Positions 44,950-45,332 of a stretch of 45,332 bases of DNA are shown one piece after another. The DNA is from Candidatus Thermofontivivens primus. Its GTDB lineage: Bacteria; Sysuimicrobiota; Sysuimicrobiia; Sysuimicrobiales; Thermofontiviventaceae. The notes below the pieces were generated by a model. That model had not been told where the DNA came from. It was given only the letters and a program-made list of their open reading frames with translations, and ran no database searches. The translations under genes and the position numbers were made by a program. Location: the NCBI GenBank assembly GCA_031458695.1, contig JAVKJW010000018.1, positions 1 to 45,332 on the forward strand, read 5' to 3'. How positions within the stretch are numbered: position 1 is the stretch's first letter; every line of letters begins with the position of its first letter.

Positions 44950-45332
44950 TACTCCCACTCGATCGTAGCGGGCGGCTTGCTGGTGATATCATAGACGACC
45001 CGCGTAATTCCAGGGACCTCTCGGGTGATGCGGCTTGCAACAGCCTCTAGGACTTCCTCAGGAAGGCGGGCCCAATCCGCTGTCATGCCGTCCTCGCTCG
45101 TGACCGCGCGTACCACGATGACCTCCCCGTAAGTCCGGGCATCCCCCATGACTCCCACAGTGCGCACAGGGAGGAGGACAGCGAAAGCCTGCCACACTTC
45201 CCGCAGGAGCCCCGCCGAGGTGAGCTCCTCCAGGAGAATCGCATCAGCCTCGCGCAAGATCTCCAGCCGCTCGGCCGTTACCTCCCCGACGATCCGAATA
45301 GCCAACCCAGGGCCCGGGAAGGGATGGCGCCA
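44949..45332 (-). CDS. guaA: GMP synthase, C-terminal fragment (runs off the right edge)
   Basis: [30 protein letters not shown] and [15 protein letters not shown]. Confidence 0.98.
   Translation of the reverse strand, partial: WRHPFPGPGLAIRIVGEVTAERLEILREADAILLEELTSAGLLREVWQAFAVLLPVRTVGVMGDARTYGEVIVVRAVTSEDGMTADWARLPEEVLEAVASRITREVPGITRVVYDITSKPPATIEWE

Overview
This is a GC-rich bacterial core-chromosome window. A thermophile rich in peptide ABC transporters is plausible, but the taxon cannot be fixed from this sequence. From left to right it holds: the 5' end of tuf; tRNA-Thr, tRNA-Leu(TAA), tRNA-Cys and tRNA-Gly; folE and folP; uvrC-uvrA-uvrB, coaE and polA; tRNA-Leu(CAA); an orphan membrane protein; dnaE followed by DUF881, glutaredoxin-like and flavin-reductase genes; an SDH/ClpP-fold protease; gabT; an RlmD-like gene coupled to gatCAB; three peptide/nickel-family ABC modules with only one ATPase pair, arranged around an excisionase-type HTH gene; pcrA; and the 3' end of guaA. 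I found no integrase, transposase, CRISPR or phage gene. Five observations stand out. (1) The RlmD homologue has lost every recognisable catalytic and SAM-binding residue but keeps its TRAM domain and Fe-S cysteines. (2) About 11 short 7- or 9-bp tandem-repeat arms sit at operon gene junctions, and two of them are translated inside DnaE and GatA. (3) A self-folding ~260-bp element follows tRNA-Gly, duplicates the tRNA 3' end and carries an inverted anti-tRNA copy. (4) An unannotated 21-aa hydrophobic peptide has a leader with two mutually exclusive pairings at its RBS. (5) A LexA-type box lies at the dnaE promoter.
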